From NCBI GenBank assembly GCA_051047955.1, contig JBPGPT010000011.1, positions 248,001 to 312,000 on the forward strand: a DNA stretch of 64,000 bases, read 5' to 3'. Each line of letters starts with the position of its first letter. The first letter of the stretch is position 1. Under the pieces are notes generated by a model. That model worked only from the letters and a program-made list of their open reading frames with translations. It was not told the origin of the DNA and ran no database searches. This DNA comes from Cystobasidiomycetes sp. EMM_F5. Lineage: Eukaryota. This document shows positions 10,034 through 22,691 of the stretch, piece by piece. The position numbers and the translations under genes were made by a program.

Positions 10034-11622
10034 GCCGAACGATAGGCTGGATGAGTATCGCAATGAGCTAAAGCAGCTGAAGTGGCTCATCCCCGGCCAA
10101 ATACATCGCCTCTGTCGGATGGCAGCCCTTCAGTCGTTGCAGAGCCTCATGGCGGGATCGGAAGGGCAAGCTTGGCTGACATTGCCTTCCATTGATGTTA
10201 CAATCACTTCTCTTGTGTAGACTGTACTTCGTTCTCTCAAAGAATTGCATCTAGCCAGTCAGGCATGCCTTGTGCGATTTCGCTCATTGCAAGCGGTGCT
10301 TCCTCACGTTCGGTAACATGTCTAACCAGTCTCGCTGAGGCACTATCGGACACGTATGGACCGGCGGGGAACTCTGTCCGACAGCGACGACGTTGATACT
10401 CCCGCCAAGCGGCATCGCACGATTATTGGCGACTTTGTAGCTGGGAGTGCCGTTCGTGAAGCACCTGTCCTGCGGTGGGTGGAATGTGCGAAGCATCGAG
10501 AAGAAGGCTTTCCAGATCTTTCGGCTCTAAGCATCTCCGTGTGTGAGCTGCATCATGGACGCTGCCATCAGCGTCAAAACAAGAAACTGTTTGTCAAGCA
10601 TGTAGGAGAATTTCCCGAGGTTTGTCAGCTTTGTCGACAATCCGCAGACGCAGCCGGAGGAGGTTGGCGAAGAGCAAGCATACAATGCGCCTTTGTACTG
10701 TGGCCGGCTCGGAGCAGCTCAAGCTGAGTGAGGATTGTTGATAAGCCCAACGTGTCCCACAGCTTCAAGTCGGGCGAATTTTATCGAATTGCACCCAAGC
10801 TGCTCATGCTAATCTCTCACAATGTTGCACGACAGCCTGATACGTAACGGTGTCGTCTGAAGAAATGATAAGCATTGACGAATCTTCAGTCGGTTCGTTA
10901 TGACGTGTCAGCTTGGGGACGGGAAGGATATCGATGGATTGTGCCTGATGACACTTCAAATCTGAGCTCGAGCTGTTCAGGTCGTAAAAGTGAGAAAGCA
11001 GGATGTTATAGCTAGCTGTTGCGAAGACATACAATGTCAGATGAATCTTCCCATACATTGCCATGTTTGAATTTCGTGACAGCTGCTTCTTGATGTTTTC
11101 GCAATCTCGCAAACTGTGTTACGTAATGTGCCAGAAACTTTTGGAACTTGGCAGAAACTACCAATATGGCAGTTTCCGAATCGGGTCACGTTGTTGCCCG
11201 AAAAGATTTTAGCGGGAGGGGCGGTGTCTTTAGAAAAAGTTGCTAATCAAATAGAAGCTGGATTAGAAAATACAGTAATGGGTAGTGGCGAGGTATTAGA
11301 AATCTGGACTAATGTGAATTTCAAAACATAGATGGCCGAGGTTTGTGACACGGAGACGTCAGCGCAATTTTGACCGAGAGGGACTGGACTGACATCGAGG
11401 CAACGAGTGCAACTTACGACTCTACTGCGCTGCAACACCTCGACAACTCTGCCGTCTAGACCAAACCCGAAAACAGCGCAGTCTCACCCCCACTAAAAAG
11501 TTTGGGCAGAAAGAGACCGGGCCAGCTCGCTCGCCCAGCATTTTGTGGAAAAAAGGCGCCAGGTCTGGGTTAAAAGCGGGACAACGCGGTACAACGAGCA
11601 ACACAGGACTGCGCGACACATC

Positions 11623-13396
11623 ATGCACCGACGGCACTCGGTGGTGCAGCACCAGTACTCGCTGGCTGGAGCTCCCGCTCCGCTGTCGAGTCTCAACATG
11701 CCTCCGTCCTACGGTGCTCGCTGGAGGACCCGCGCCAGGAAGCTCCCAGTAGCGATTGGGTGGACGCTGGCAGTCGCAGCTGCGACCTTTGTCGTCGTGG
11801 TGCTCGTACTCGTCGTCGTGCCCTCCGTAGGGCACCTCGCTTACGCCTCCGCGCTCATGGTACAGGAGCCGCTGAGATGGTTCATTCTGTACGACCCGAG
11901 GGTGGAGCTCTCGCTCGAGCGGGACGGCTTTGATGTGACGTTTGCAGCGTATCCGAAGGACCAGCTCAGCTCTCGAGGGCCCAACCCGCCCAGTATTGTC
12001 GACACCTATGCCCGAACCAGTCTGCTCAACGATACCGCTGACCGAACGACACGGCCCGTGGCCGCACCAGCGACAATCGACGATACAGACACAAGCAGCC
12101 TCTCCAACCCACCGCAAGGCAGCCTCTCACATCATCTCAATGGCGACACGCCCGATCGCAGGTCTCCAATCTACCCGGGAGCAGCAGTCTTTGCCTCGCC
12201 CGACGACAAGCTGCTCCGCAAACCGCAACATCCTCATCAACTCCCGCCGCCCCCACCACCCTCTCCCGATCAGATACAGCACGGCGAGGACGTCGTGCCC
12301 GCCATATTCCACCACATAGTCCTCGGCATGGAGGCTAGACCGTCATGGATAAAAGCTAGAGATACATGTCTGGATCTCCACCCAGGCTATGACTACATGT
12401 TTTGGGACGATGCACGAGCAGAGACGTTCGTAAAGACGGAGTATGCCGAATACTACGACATGTGGAAAGCGTACAAGTATCCCATTCAAAGAGCAGATTC
12501 GCTCCGATACATGGTCATGTACAAGTATGGAGGTAAGTGATGGCTTTGCATAGACCCTGTCGATCGCAATGCTGACTCGATGCAACTCAGGCATCTTCCT
12601 GGACATGGACATCGAATGTCGGCGATCGCTCGGCCCTCTCCGACGGTTCGAATTCGTTGCACCAGCAGCCACACCTTCGGGAGTTTCCAACGGCTTTTTC
12701 ATGACTAAAGCAAAGTCGCCATTTGTAAGAAGGCTAGTGGAACACCTCCCAATCATGGATCGCAACTGGTTCTTCCTGCCCTATGCTACCGTCATGTTTT
12801 CGACGGGGTGCTTTTACATGTCTGCCGTGTGGGCGCACTACTGGGATGTCGACAAGATGCGCGTCCTCACTGGCCCCAACTCTCTACATCGTCTGTCGGG
12901 CGCTGTCAAGACTCCGCTTTTCGTCCATCTCGGCTCGTCCTCGTGGCACGGCAATGACGTCCATTTCCTTGGGAGAATGTCTCACTGGTTCCGAGACCTG
13001 CCTCTTCATCCTTTCCGCATTGGCATGCTCCTCGCATTTGCAGTCGTCATTGTTGGGCTGCTGTGCTTTGCAACGTGTTTATGGCGAGTGTGCAGAGAAC
13101 AAGCAAAGCGAGATCTTCTTGCGTCCTCCGGCAGCCTAAAATACGAAGCGGCGGTATATCCGAGACACAGCCTAGAGCTGCCGCACACGTCTGCACAGCA
13201 ATACGCAGCGGCAGACGATGACGCCTTTGCATACTTTAGGCGGTCGACCTTCTTTACGGATCCGACTGGCTTTCTCGCTGCGAGGCGGCATAGTCCGTCG
13301 CAATTTAGAGATTCCGAGGAAGTCGTAAGCTTGCTCGAACGGTCAACAACACCAGCAAGCGAAATTTCGTCAGTAGAGTACAATCTTCGGCCTTGA
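11623..13396 (+). CDS. GT32 glycosyltransferase, SUR1/CSH1 (MIPC synthase)-like
   Basis: VPAIFH, HPGYDYMFW, YKYPIQRADSLRY, YGG|IFLDMD (DxD), PYATVMFSTG, GSSSWH. One intron near 12533-12590. Start could be 11623 or 11698. Confidence 0.9.
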
Positions 13397-13814
13397 CTAC
13401 GAAGAGCTAGCGTCACCGCTATCACCGCCTCGGCTGCTCAATGTCAGGCCATCATCAGTACCGCCAATCGTTTTGTATGTCACGAATACACTATCACGAC
13501 TCATCATATCAATCTATGCACGACCATAGATTCAGTTTTACTTTGGTTCATTTGGTTTTGCCGTTTCTGCCGTAACTGCATCAGTGAAAACAACCTAATA
13601 CACAAGACGCTGTCAGAGATGCTGGCACTGGTACATATACGACCTCGTGCTGCTTCTCTTAATTTCCGCTGGTTCTCCTCGTTGTTTCTCCCCTGCATCT
13701 TGACTTTACGAGGCAGCTCTCCCACTCGTTACGCCTCGGGCGTACAAGATTCTGCCGTCAGCCTGAACAGCAAAGCCTTGTTCGAGGCCATCGAGCTATC
13801 ATATCCTGTCGGGA

Positions 13815-13918
13815 TCAGACCGGCCTCACGGCCTTGCTATCTCTTATAAGTTGTATTAGTCGACATATTTTCGGTCATCACAGTGCGCTATCACACTGGT
13901 TTGGGTATGGGTCATCAT
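13815..13918 (-). ncRNA. Candidate box C/D snoRNA-like element
   Basis: Intergenic ATGATGA (13918-13912), a second GTGATGA (13881-13875) and CTGA (13818-13815) spanning 104 nt, with two small hairpins. No target or terminal stem identified. Confidence 0.3.
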
Positions 13919-14052
13919 GCATGTTTGTCGTCGAGTTGTGGTTGTTGTTTTAAATCATAATCAAGTAATGACATGCCTGGCCATCCTTATATGAGGCACA
14001 TGTATCTCATGCCTTTCTTTGCCAAACACACAACGCGAATGCGCACGCGCTT

Positions 14053-15420
14053 TTATCGCCCAATTTGATGGATAACCAGCTCATTGTACCACATGTAGCG
14101 ATTCAGGTACAAGAAGAGGGTTCGCGGTCCTTCCCACTGACTAGCATGTGCCGAAAATGCCTTGTACGCTACACGCCAAAGTTTGAAGGAGTGGATAGTG
14201 TATGCCGTACTCGGTTTTTGGACGCCCGTCGTGAATGGTAAACATCGCCAGAGAACAGTCGGTAAGGCTGACCAGGCAAAGTCGAACCATACGGTATATT
14301 TCCGAATGATGGCGGTCGTGTATACAAGGTACACGTTGATGTTGTGATGTGTCAATGCGTAATCACTGTACGGCTGCAGTGTTAGGTATTGATAGTGAGT
14401 CGGGAGGCTACTGAACTCACACAACAGACTCCGACACGGCGCGGTGGTTGATATGGCCCGATATACCGCCTTCATCAAATGAGAAGACCTTTTCGACATT
14501 CAAACGTCAGCATACATCAAAATATCGCTGTCGAGACTGACAGTATCAACGTTCCACTTCTTCACACGTTCGCCAATAATCTCCGCAATCTCGGTTGTAG
14601 GCCACCAGACTGTCGGATTGTCCTGGATATCTGGGAGGTCGAGCACTTCGCATCTTTCTGTTGGTACGTTGTACATTGCGCACGAGCCTTGCAACTCTTT
14701 CCTTCTCGTTTCTCCCAGACCGTAGTTGTTGCCAAGCGACATGACAAGAATAGAGAGGTCGATCCCGCTTAGCCTGTGCGCAAAGGTTGAGAGTGTAGGA
14801 CTGAAGAATAGGCATTCATCGTCTGGATGAGCTACGACAAGCAACACCTTTTTGGCGTTCTGCACCACTGGCGGCAGCAGTAGATAGGATAGAGGGGCAA
14901 AGTAGGCGAAAAAGAGGAAGATGATGGTAGTGAATGAAACGTAGATGAGCGCTATTCTTATCACTGCTTTGCGAATGCTTGTCCATCTTGACTGAGATTG
15001 CGCCGGACTATTCGATAAAATGTCGCTCCTGGAACGAAGATGGCTATTGCTGCTTTCGACAACTCCGTCCACTACGGTCTCGTACGCTCGTTGAACGAGC
15101 CGTAGAGGCAATGTCAGTAAACCGCCTAGACCTCCAGCACCGATGCCTGGTCCACGTCTTCTCCGCCTGTTCGGTTTCCACGACGAAGTCGCACTGCGAT
15201 TATTCCCAAGCGGCATCATTGATGCGTCGCCGCTGTCGCGACTGTGACTTGACGTGTCGTTGTCCCGCAGGAATGCATCTACCTCGTCAGCATCCACGTC
15301 GAGATCTTCCGGTTCAACGTCGTAGTGCGCCTGCTTGGCGGTCTCGCTGCCTCCAATAGGATGCAGCTGATGAATGTCGGCCTTCGAAGCAGGGAAACCT
15401 GCCGCCTTTGCGTCGCTCAT
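14053..15420 (-). CDS. GPI12: GlcNAc-PI de-N-acetylase PIG-L/Gpi12 with long N-terminal extension
   Basis: LLVVAHPDDECLFFSP, SLGNNYGLGETRRKEL, spliced FDEGGISGHINH, AFSAHASQW, RYMWYNEL. Confidence 0.93.
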
Positions 15421-15613
15421 TCGAGCGTCGAACTGACGCCTAAGAGGAAATGCTGTACAGGCTATGATGGCATTGCGTCAAAAGCGGCTGTCTCATGCTG
15501 ATATTCCACAAGTTCCGATGACTATACGCTTACAACAAGCCGCGCGCGTTTTGCAGACGCCATGCACTACCTATCGCACTGTTATCTTACTGCTTTGACT
15601 CTCCTCGATGATT

Positions 15614-16923
15614 TCAAGCCTTCTCGACCACACTCGCGTATTGCGGTAAAGGAAAATCCTCCTGTTCAGCATCGGGCGCTATTCTACTAGCTATCCACTG
15701 CGTTGACAGTGCTTTGGCGAGAAGGGAAATGACAATGGCAAAGATCCTCCGCTTGAATGCAGTCTGAGGATGCGCAATCGCAGGCACAAATGACGGAATT
15801 TCTTGCGTTTCTTCGACAAATTTGCGATACTTATCCTCGTACGCTTGCAGCGCCTTTTGCGGATGTTGACCCTTCTCCAGCTGACTCAGTTCGCCTGCGA
15901 GTATGTATGCACCGTTGATGGCTAAAGATGTGCCCATCCCCGTCAATGGAGATGGGGCGTATGCGGCGTCTCCAAGACATACGACTCGCGAAGCTGACCA
16001 CGTCTTCATCTTGATCTGCTGAATGGTCTGAAAGTAAAAGTCGGGTGCGCTGTCCATTGCATCTAGCAGTCGCTGCGCTTGCCAGCCTGCATCCTGAAAC
16101 TCGCGGCGGACCAATTCCTGCTGGGTCTTCCGGTCGCTGCGGCCCGCAATCTTCCATTCTTGTCTTTGAGCTTCGTTGCATGGCATCATGGAAAACATGG
16201 CTCGGATTGTATTGTAGGGGTCAGGGCGAAGTGTGATGATTTTGGAATTCAGTCCTTGATAGACGCTCCACCAGTCGTCGTCCTGCGCTTCTCGTGGTAC
16301 GGTAAAGTAGGCCACATACATGTTCTTGTCCACCACGGTAATGTCCTCTTGCGGAAAGCACATTTTGCGGATCTTTGACCATTGTCCATCAGCAGCCACG
16401 AGTACATCATACTCCTCGACTCGACCATCGCTCAATTCGACCTTGACCGACTTTTCGTCATTGGACAGCACGTCCTTGACAAATGTGCCGAAGACGTATT
16501 TGATGCCAGCTTTGTCCTTTGTAGCATCGTACAAGACACTTGCCAGATCTGCTCGGAGAATCTCCCACTCGGAAGTGAATGTCGCCTGCACGCCCTTCTT
16601 GACTGGAAATGGCGCAAACGGTCGACCTTGCGGATCGATGAACCGGGTTCCCTTTTCTGTGGTGTTATGGCGCAACACTTCCGCTTCCAAGCCCATCTTG
16701 CGGATGACTTTCCTGGCTGAATGTGAGATGATCACCAGTAAGGACCGGTAGTAAAATGCAATAGAAAGCAGTGTGGCTCACCAGAACCTTGAATGTCAAT
16801 GTTTTGACCGTGAGCTAGAAGTGAGCTGGCCTTTTCGAGAACGGTAACATCGGCACCACTTTCTTGGAGAAAATAAGCCAAAGTCGGGCCTGCGACACCA
16901 GCTCCGCTGATCAAGACTCGCAT
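15614..16923 (-). CDS. FAD-dependent monooxygenase/oxidoreductase
   Basis: MRVLISGAGVAG (Rossmann), EILRADL, LVAADG, CLGDAAYAPSPLTGMGTSLA; one intron. Confidence 0.92.
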
Positions 16924-17554
16924 GTTTGGACGAGATGATATGGTAATGTATTGCGAGAGTAGTTGCGTGTGAGAGTATTTGGATGGTCTAAACCGCGTGA
17001 GCCGGGACGTACAGAATGAGGGAAGTTGGAAGCTAGAATGTGCGGTGGAAAGATGTGGACAGAGAAGACGAGCATTGTCCGAGAGCCTTTTATACATTTC
17101 ATCTGGGCCAGCGAGGTTGTTTGAAATAGAGAGGCTCCGCTTTCAAAGTCCGCGTCAGTTTTGACGGAGATAACCTTCGGATCGAGCGAAACGGCATGAC
17201 GAACAGATAATACACGCGTTGCGAAGAAAATCGTAGTCAATTGTCGTGAGCTTACAACTTGCGTATCGTCTTGCCGGCTTCTCTCCAGAATCGCGGCTGT
17301 CTTATCGAAGCCAGACGCGATCCGCTGCAGATTGTTTGGCACCATAACCAATACGATATTGGAGATACTTGTTTCTGCGGAAGGTTGCCTTCCATCTGCT
17401 TGTACAACTTGCATATCATTCAATCTGTTGCATTGATAAAAAGCTGGGACCCTGCTGGTTACCGGTGCCGAATTGTTCAATTGCAATGTGGCGAGCTGGC
17501 TTTGACTTTGGACAATCCACAACATGCATGCTGCGAAGAATAACTGAAGAAACC

Positions 17555-19749
17555 ATGACTAGGGCTGATGGAGATGCCTGGAATAACGGCATTCTAGCCA
17601 ACGAGTCCACCCCGTTGCGCTACTCTGTAAACGGACGCCGGCGCCGCGCTACGTCAAATGCAACGAGGCAGTACTGGCGAGAATGCAGGTCGCGGATACC
17701 ACGGATATCGACATTCCTTCTCGTTATATTTGGCAGCTTCTTTGCTTTGATTCTCCTCGCTGTACGGCTGCGCAATGACCAGTCTTCTGCACTCCAGTTT
17801 GGACTGGTCGCTTCCTTGGCCAGGGTCACTTCGTGCAATACCTGCTTTGCGCTGCTACTCCCACTTCAGCAACTGGCACGACTAGGCGATGGTCCATTCA
17901 GTTCGACCATCTCGGCTGTGTGCACGACATTCCGTTTACAGCCGCCCGATGTGTGTGCAGGAGCCGTCGAGAGACAGGCGCCCGTACTTGCTCATGTGTT
18001 GCGGAGTATACAGCCAAACAGGAGAGGAGCGGCAGCGCTGTGCAGAAGAATGTTTGGCTTTTGCTCAAACGACTATAGCAGTGAACTGGAGGACTGGCCA
18101 AGACAGCATATTCCGCCACTGAACTATTCCAAACATCACCTCTCCTCCCTGTCATCGCGTAAGCGACAAGCTCGGACCGGCAAGCATGTACAAGTGATTC
18201 ACATCACAGACCTGCACATTGACAGGCTGTACACTGTCGGTTCAGAGGCAAAGTGCAACAAGCCGATATGCTGCAGAGCAGATTCAGCGACTGCTAAAGC
18301 TCCATTCGCAGCAAAGACACATGCTGGTCCTTTCGGACATCAAGCCTGCGACTCTCCACAGTCGCTCGTGAGAAGTATGCTGGATGCTATCCGCGAGATT
18401 GCGCCCGATGCATCCTTCGCAATCAATACCGGTGACATTCCTGCACATGACGTGTGGATGGAGACGCAGGAGACTGTCGGTAGCAGTGTATCTGACGCGT
18501 ATGCTCTACTCCGAGGCGCTCTCAAAATGCCAATCTTTGGCGCCATCGGAAATCACGATATGTTCCCTACCAATCTCTTCCCTCGGTCTTCTACGCCCGA
18601 CGCGTACCGTCGATCGCAGTGGCTATACGAGACGCATTACAATACCTGGCAGCATTGGATACATGATAGTACGCACAGAGACGAATTTATAGAGCACGTA
18701 GGATGCTACGCGCATATCAAGAAAGACCTAAACTTGATGATCATTAGCTTGTAAGTGTTGCATTCAGCATTATGTCACTATACTAATGCTGTCCTTACGG
18801 TAGAAATACCAATTTCTGGCAAGGTGAAAATTGGTACATGTACGATACAGACGAAGAGATACTTGATCCCGAAGGAATCCTTCAGTACTTAGTCAGTCAG
18901 CTTTCGTATGCTGAGCAACACAGCTTGAGCGCAATCATTATCGGGCATACGGCTGCACACAATTCTTTCCCCGCACAATCTCGGCTATACGACGAGATAC
19001 TGTCTAGATTCCGCGACACGGTGACGGCTCAGTTCTTTGGCGATACCCACATGTCTACTTTCGAAATTTCATACACTCCATTTTGGAATATTACTGCCGA
19101 CACCGCGTCCGGCATATCTATTACTTCTGGCGCAGTCACGCCTTTCGGCGGTTTCGCTAATCCGGGCTTCAGAGTATACGAAATTGATACTGGATCTGGA
19201 GAAGTATGGGACTGGCATGATTATGCTACCAACATCTCCGACCCTATCTTTCAAAGCGGTCCCAAGTGGGAATTGTTATATAAAGCTCGCGAGACATACC
19301 TACCCTTCCTGCCTGTAGCAGAGCAGCCTATCTACAAGCAGGAACCGCTGACTCCGGCTTTCTGGCATACCCTGGCAGACGCGTACGACGCGAATCGAGA
19401 TGCATTTCGCACGTATATCGCACATAAATACCGATCGAGCAATTTCGGGTTACGGCAGGCCTGCAGATCCGAGACGTGTCGCAAAGGCACGATCTGCGCC
19501 ATGCGTCGCGTACGAAGTGAATACTTCTGTTTCCGGGATCCAGATGAAAGTCCTCATATTGGAGACGCGGTTGTCCCTCAGCCAGTCTCGATCTTGGATG
19601 TTGATCATTCGGAGTTGGGAGCGGCCGCAAGTGACTCTTTCGACCTCTTCGATATACTACAGGCTGCGTCGAGGGAGATGCAGGCTGGTGGCAGTACGGC
19701 AATCAGTATGGTCAATTCTGCAATCGAGAATGCCAAACAATCTCAATGA
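17555..19749 (+). CDS. Acid sphingomyelinase-like metallophosphoesterase with TM anchor and saposin-like domain
   Basis: CNTC..VC..C..LC..C saposin pattern, HITDLHID, CNKPICCR, TGDIPAHD, GNHD, IIGH, FFGDTH, NPGFRVY. Confidence 0.9.
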
Positions 19750-20329
19750 CGATCCCACTGTGTTACAATATGGGACAATCAGCTTTGACGTCGTGTCGTG
19801 TGTATGTCAGTGCCAACAGATGCTCAGTGTAGGTGTTTCCAAGGTTGTTGATAACGACTTCGTGGTGAAAACTTCGCTTATGCCCAGGCCAGCAGCTGTG
19901 ACCAATGCCTCAGCTGCACGCTCGTCCAGGTGCATTCCTGCTGATAATCCTTGCATTTACATCAATTTATCGCAGCTGGTAACTGTGAAGCGCTTCCTCC
20001 CAGCAGCGGATCATTTCCGAATGGCGGTGCCCGTCCCGCTGATGACATCCGAAACACCGTGACGCAACAGCTGCGCAGTAGCGCTACGACACTTCATCGG
20101 CACATAGCTCTCCCCTCGCCAGCAGACATCTAAGCGTGCTACGCGCAGATGGAGCTGTCACCAGCGAGCCTCACAGGCGATGTCAAGCACGAAAGGAGTG
20201 GATTTATGCAGAGCCTCCTCACTGCATGGCATTTTCAGATGACCCTTGCCAAGTGGCCTCTGCCTCTACCCGCATCGAGATGCACATGGCTTTGCGTCAC
20301 TGGTAACAAGCATCGTGAACTTATCGTAG

Positions 20330-21332
20330 ATGAGCAGAGGCAGGTCAAAAACAACGTGGGCGGAGGATCTCACCGAAGCTTATAACCAAGTCAGTAAAGA
20401 AGAAGGCAAGACGCAGAGCGCCAAGACGACATATGAACTTAATTATGCCTATTATACTGCCCGAAGTCAGCTACAACAAGACGCTAAAGTCGCCCTCAGT
20501 GAACAAGTAAAACAGTATGTGTTAGCGAGCGAATCTGTTGCTCGTAGCGGGACCAACAGCGAAAGGCAGAGCGCGATAGCCGTCCAAAATGCCTGGTACT
20601 CACAAATTCCAAGTAATCAGCAGCCGGCAGCGCGTGCGCTCGCAACAGCAGCGTACAATCTGGTCACCTCAGATATAGCCAGAAGCAATTATACAAATCT
20701 ACAGTCTCTATACCAAACGTACACAACTGCGGAGGCCAACCGTCTCAAAGCTCAACGGAAGTTGGAGGACTTGCAAAAAAGGGCGAACTCTGCTGCTAGG
20801 GCTGAATCTGCGGCTCGCAAGCTGAGTGAGTACCGATCGTGCTTTCGCGGGTGTCGCGCTGAAAGTTTGCATCTGATTGTCAGGTAGGTCGCGTGATAGC
20901 CAGAGCCGTCGCACATCCGTAGGACCATTATCAACGCCGTCCGATCTTTCCACGGCGCCCCCGGGAATGTTTCCACAGTCTTCTCAGTACAATCAGTATG
21001 CTCAGAGTAATCAGTACAATCAGCAAAATCTGTATCAACCGTCGCCAGTCAGTTCAACTCAACTAGTTGGTTATAACCCATTTCCGACGACTCCGCCCAT
21101 CAGGCGGAATACCGAGCCCTTTGGACTGGCTGGATCTCAGACTCAAGGCTATCCTCTACCGGCTCCATCTTTAGCGCGGAATGTGCATCGTCGGCCTTCT
21201 CAGCCTGGGCAGCAGCCAACGAGCACAAGCGCGATCCCTATACCACAATTACCACAAAACAGAAATCGTCTACAGCAAGGTCAACAATACGGTCAATATG
21301 GTCAATATGGTCAGCAATACGGTCAACAATAG
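20330..21332 (+). CDS. Uncharacterised helical protein with Q/Y/N/G-rich C-terminus, paralog 1
   Basis: Two exons; shares YELN..ARxQL, ATA, AEA, GPxSTPSxLSTAPPGMFP and LPAPxLxxNxHRRPS with the adjacent gene. Confidence 0.7.
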
Positions 21333-21341
21333 GGTCAATAG
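21279..21341 (+). repeat. GGTCAA(CAA)TA(C/T/G) coding minisatellite, six units of 9 or 12 bp
   Basis: ggtcaacaatac ggtcaatat ggtcaatat ggtcagcaatac ggtcaacaatag ggtcaatag. Confidence 0.9.
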
Positions 21342-21606
21342 CCTTATCCGGATCCAATGAGAACAGCATCAAGCAGTGTGAAAAAGTAGAGCCTCGACAA
21401 TTCTTGCTGCACACGTTCCTCAATACGTTTCTTGTCGCCAGAAACAACTTGCAGACTTCAGCGGACAAAAGGATGCAACTCCGCAGAGCCACCTCACTGC
21501 ATGGTATGTGACCCGATCTTCCGCTATGTAAGCTGTGGAAAGCTCTGCTTGCGCTGTGGATACGTCGTCGTTTACTCGTTACGACAACGAGCTCGACTTA
21601 CCCCAT

Positions 21607-22495
21607 ATGGACCGAGGAAGAAACTCCGCATCCTTTGCCGACCGCTTGTTCAGAGCTCAAAAAAATGTCAATGAGAAAGAAAGATTGTGTCAGGCTGCAA
21701 AACGCAGGTACGAATTGAACAGCGCACATCATCAAGCTCGTTTCCAATTGGAGCCTGATCCGAACGCCAGCCTCGACAATGCAGAGTCGCAATACCTAAG
21801 CTGCGCGGAGACAGTCAGTCGCGGAGATGGCGGCGCAGCAATGATCGCGCGTGACGCTCACTTCAATCGTATTCACCCTACAAGACAAGCTGCCGTTGTG
21901 GCAGTGGCTACCGCGCAGCATAGTCTCATTCAGGCAGGAGTATCACAGGTCAGCCTGAGGTCAATGACTCGGCTCAAAGTGGCATACGAGGAGGCCGAAG
22001 CGGCCTGGAGCGCAGCTCGAGAATCCTTTGCACACGTACAGCGGCAAAGACCAGACTCTGGGGTCAGAGACAGGTCTGGTGAGCGAGTGCGGAGTAAGTG
22101 CCATGCTTCGATGGGAGCTAAAGAGTACACAGCTGAAAAGCCCTGCCGTTCCAGGCCCTTCGAGAAATGACCAGAGAGCCCAGCGACCGCTCGGACCGTC
22201 GTCGACCCCGTCGAATCTCTCCACCGCTCCTCCGGGCATGTTTCCGAGTCGTCAACAGCCTGGCCCGTATCAAGAGATCGCGCGCCAGCCTGGCGCAAGC
22301 CAACGCTTTCAGAATGAGGGATTTGATGTGTTGATCCCGCAGACCCGGAGATCCGACAGACGTCGTCACACTGACGCCTACGGGTCGCAACCTTCAGGCA
22401 ACGCCTTTGGTCTGCCTGCACCGACATTGCGTCCAAATGCACATCGACGTCCGTCCGCGGAATTTGCGAACCGTAATGTGGACACTCGCCAATGA
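21607..22495 (+). CDS. Uncharacterised helical protein, paralog 2
   Basis: MDRGR start parallels MSRGR; intron at an equivalent position; same conserved blocks as paralog 1. Confidence 0.7.
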
Positions 22496-22691
22496 ATCCG
22501 TCCTCTTTGCACCGATAGTGACACCCATAGCCATGTCAGAGCGCTATCCACGTATCACACGTCTTTGTTACGAGCATATGATAGACAGCATGTCATCCCG
22601 TTGTTGATGGATATACCCGACTCGCATTTATTCACGCCTGCGTTCGGTTGATCCGCTTCACGCTTCGTCTCTTGCCGGGCACATTGTTACC

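Larger units (their letters stand above)
9118..10300 (-). repeat. Right arm of ~1.2 kb inverted repeat
   Basis: Reverse complement of 1972-3180. Confidence 0.98.

Noticed and set aside
1972..10300. Composite transposon or LTR element interpretation of the repeat arms
   Set aside because: The arms are inverted, hold host genes (U1), have no sharp outer end, TIR or TSD, and enclose housekeeping genes without a transposase.
10356..10727. ORF with FPDLSALSISV, faintly like a hAT dimerisation motif
   Set aside because: No WW or SxxxERxFS motif, and this DNA aligns to the non-coding region 1650-1921 as the decayed outer part of the duplication.
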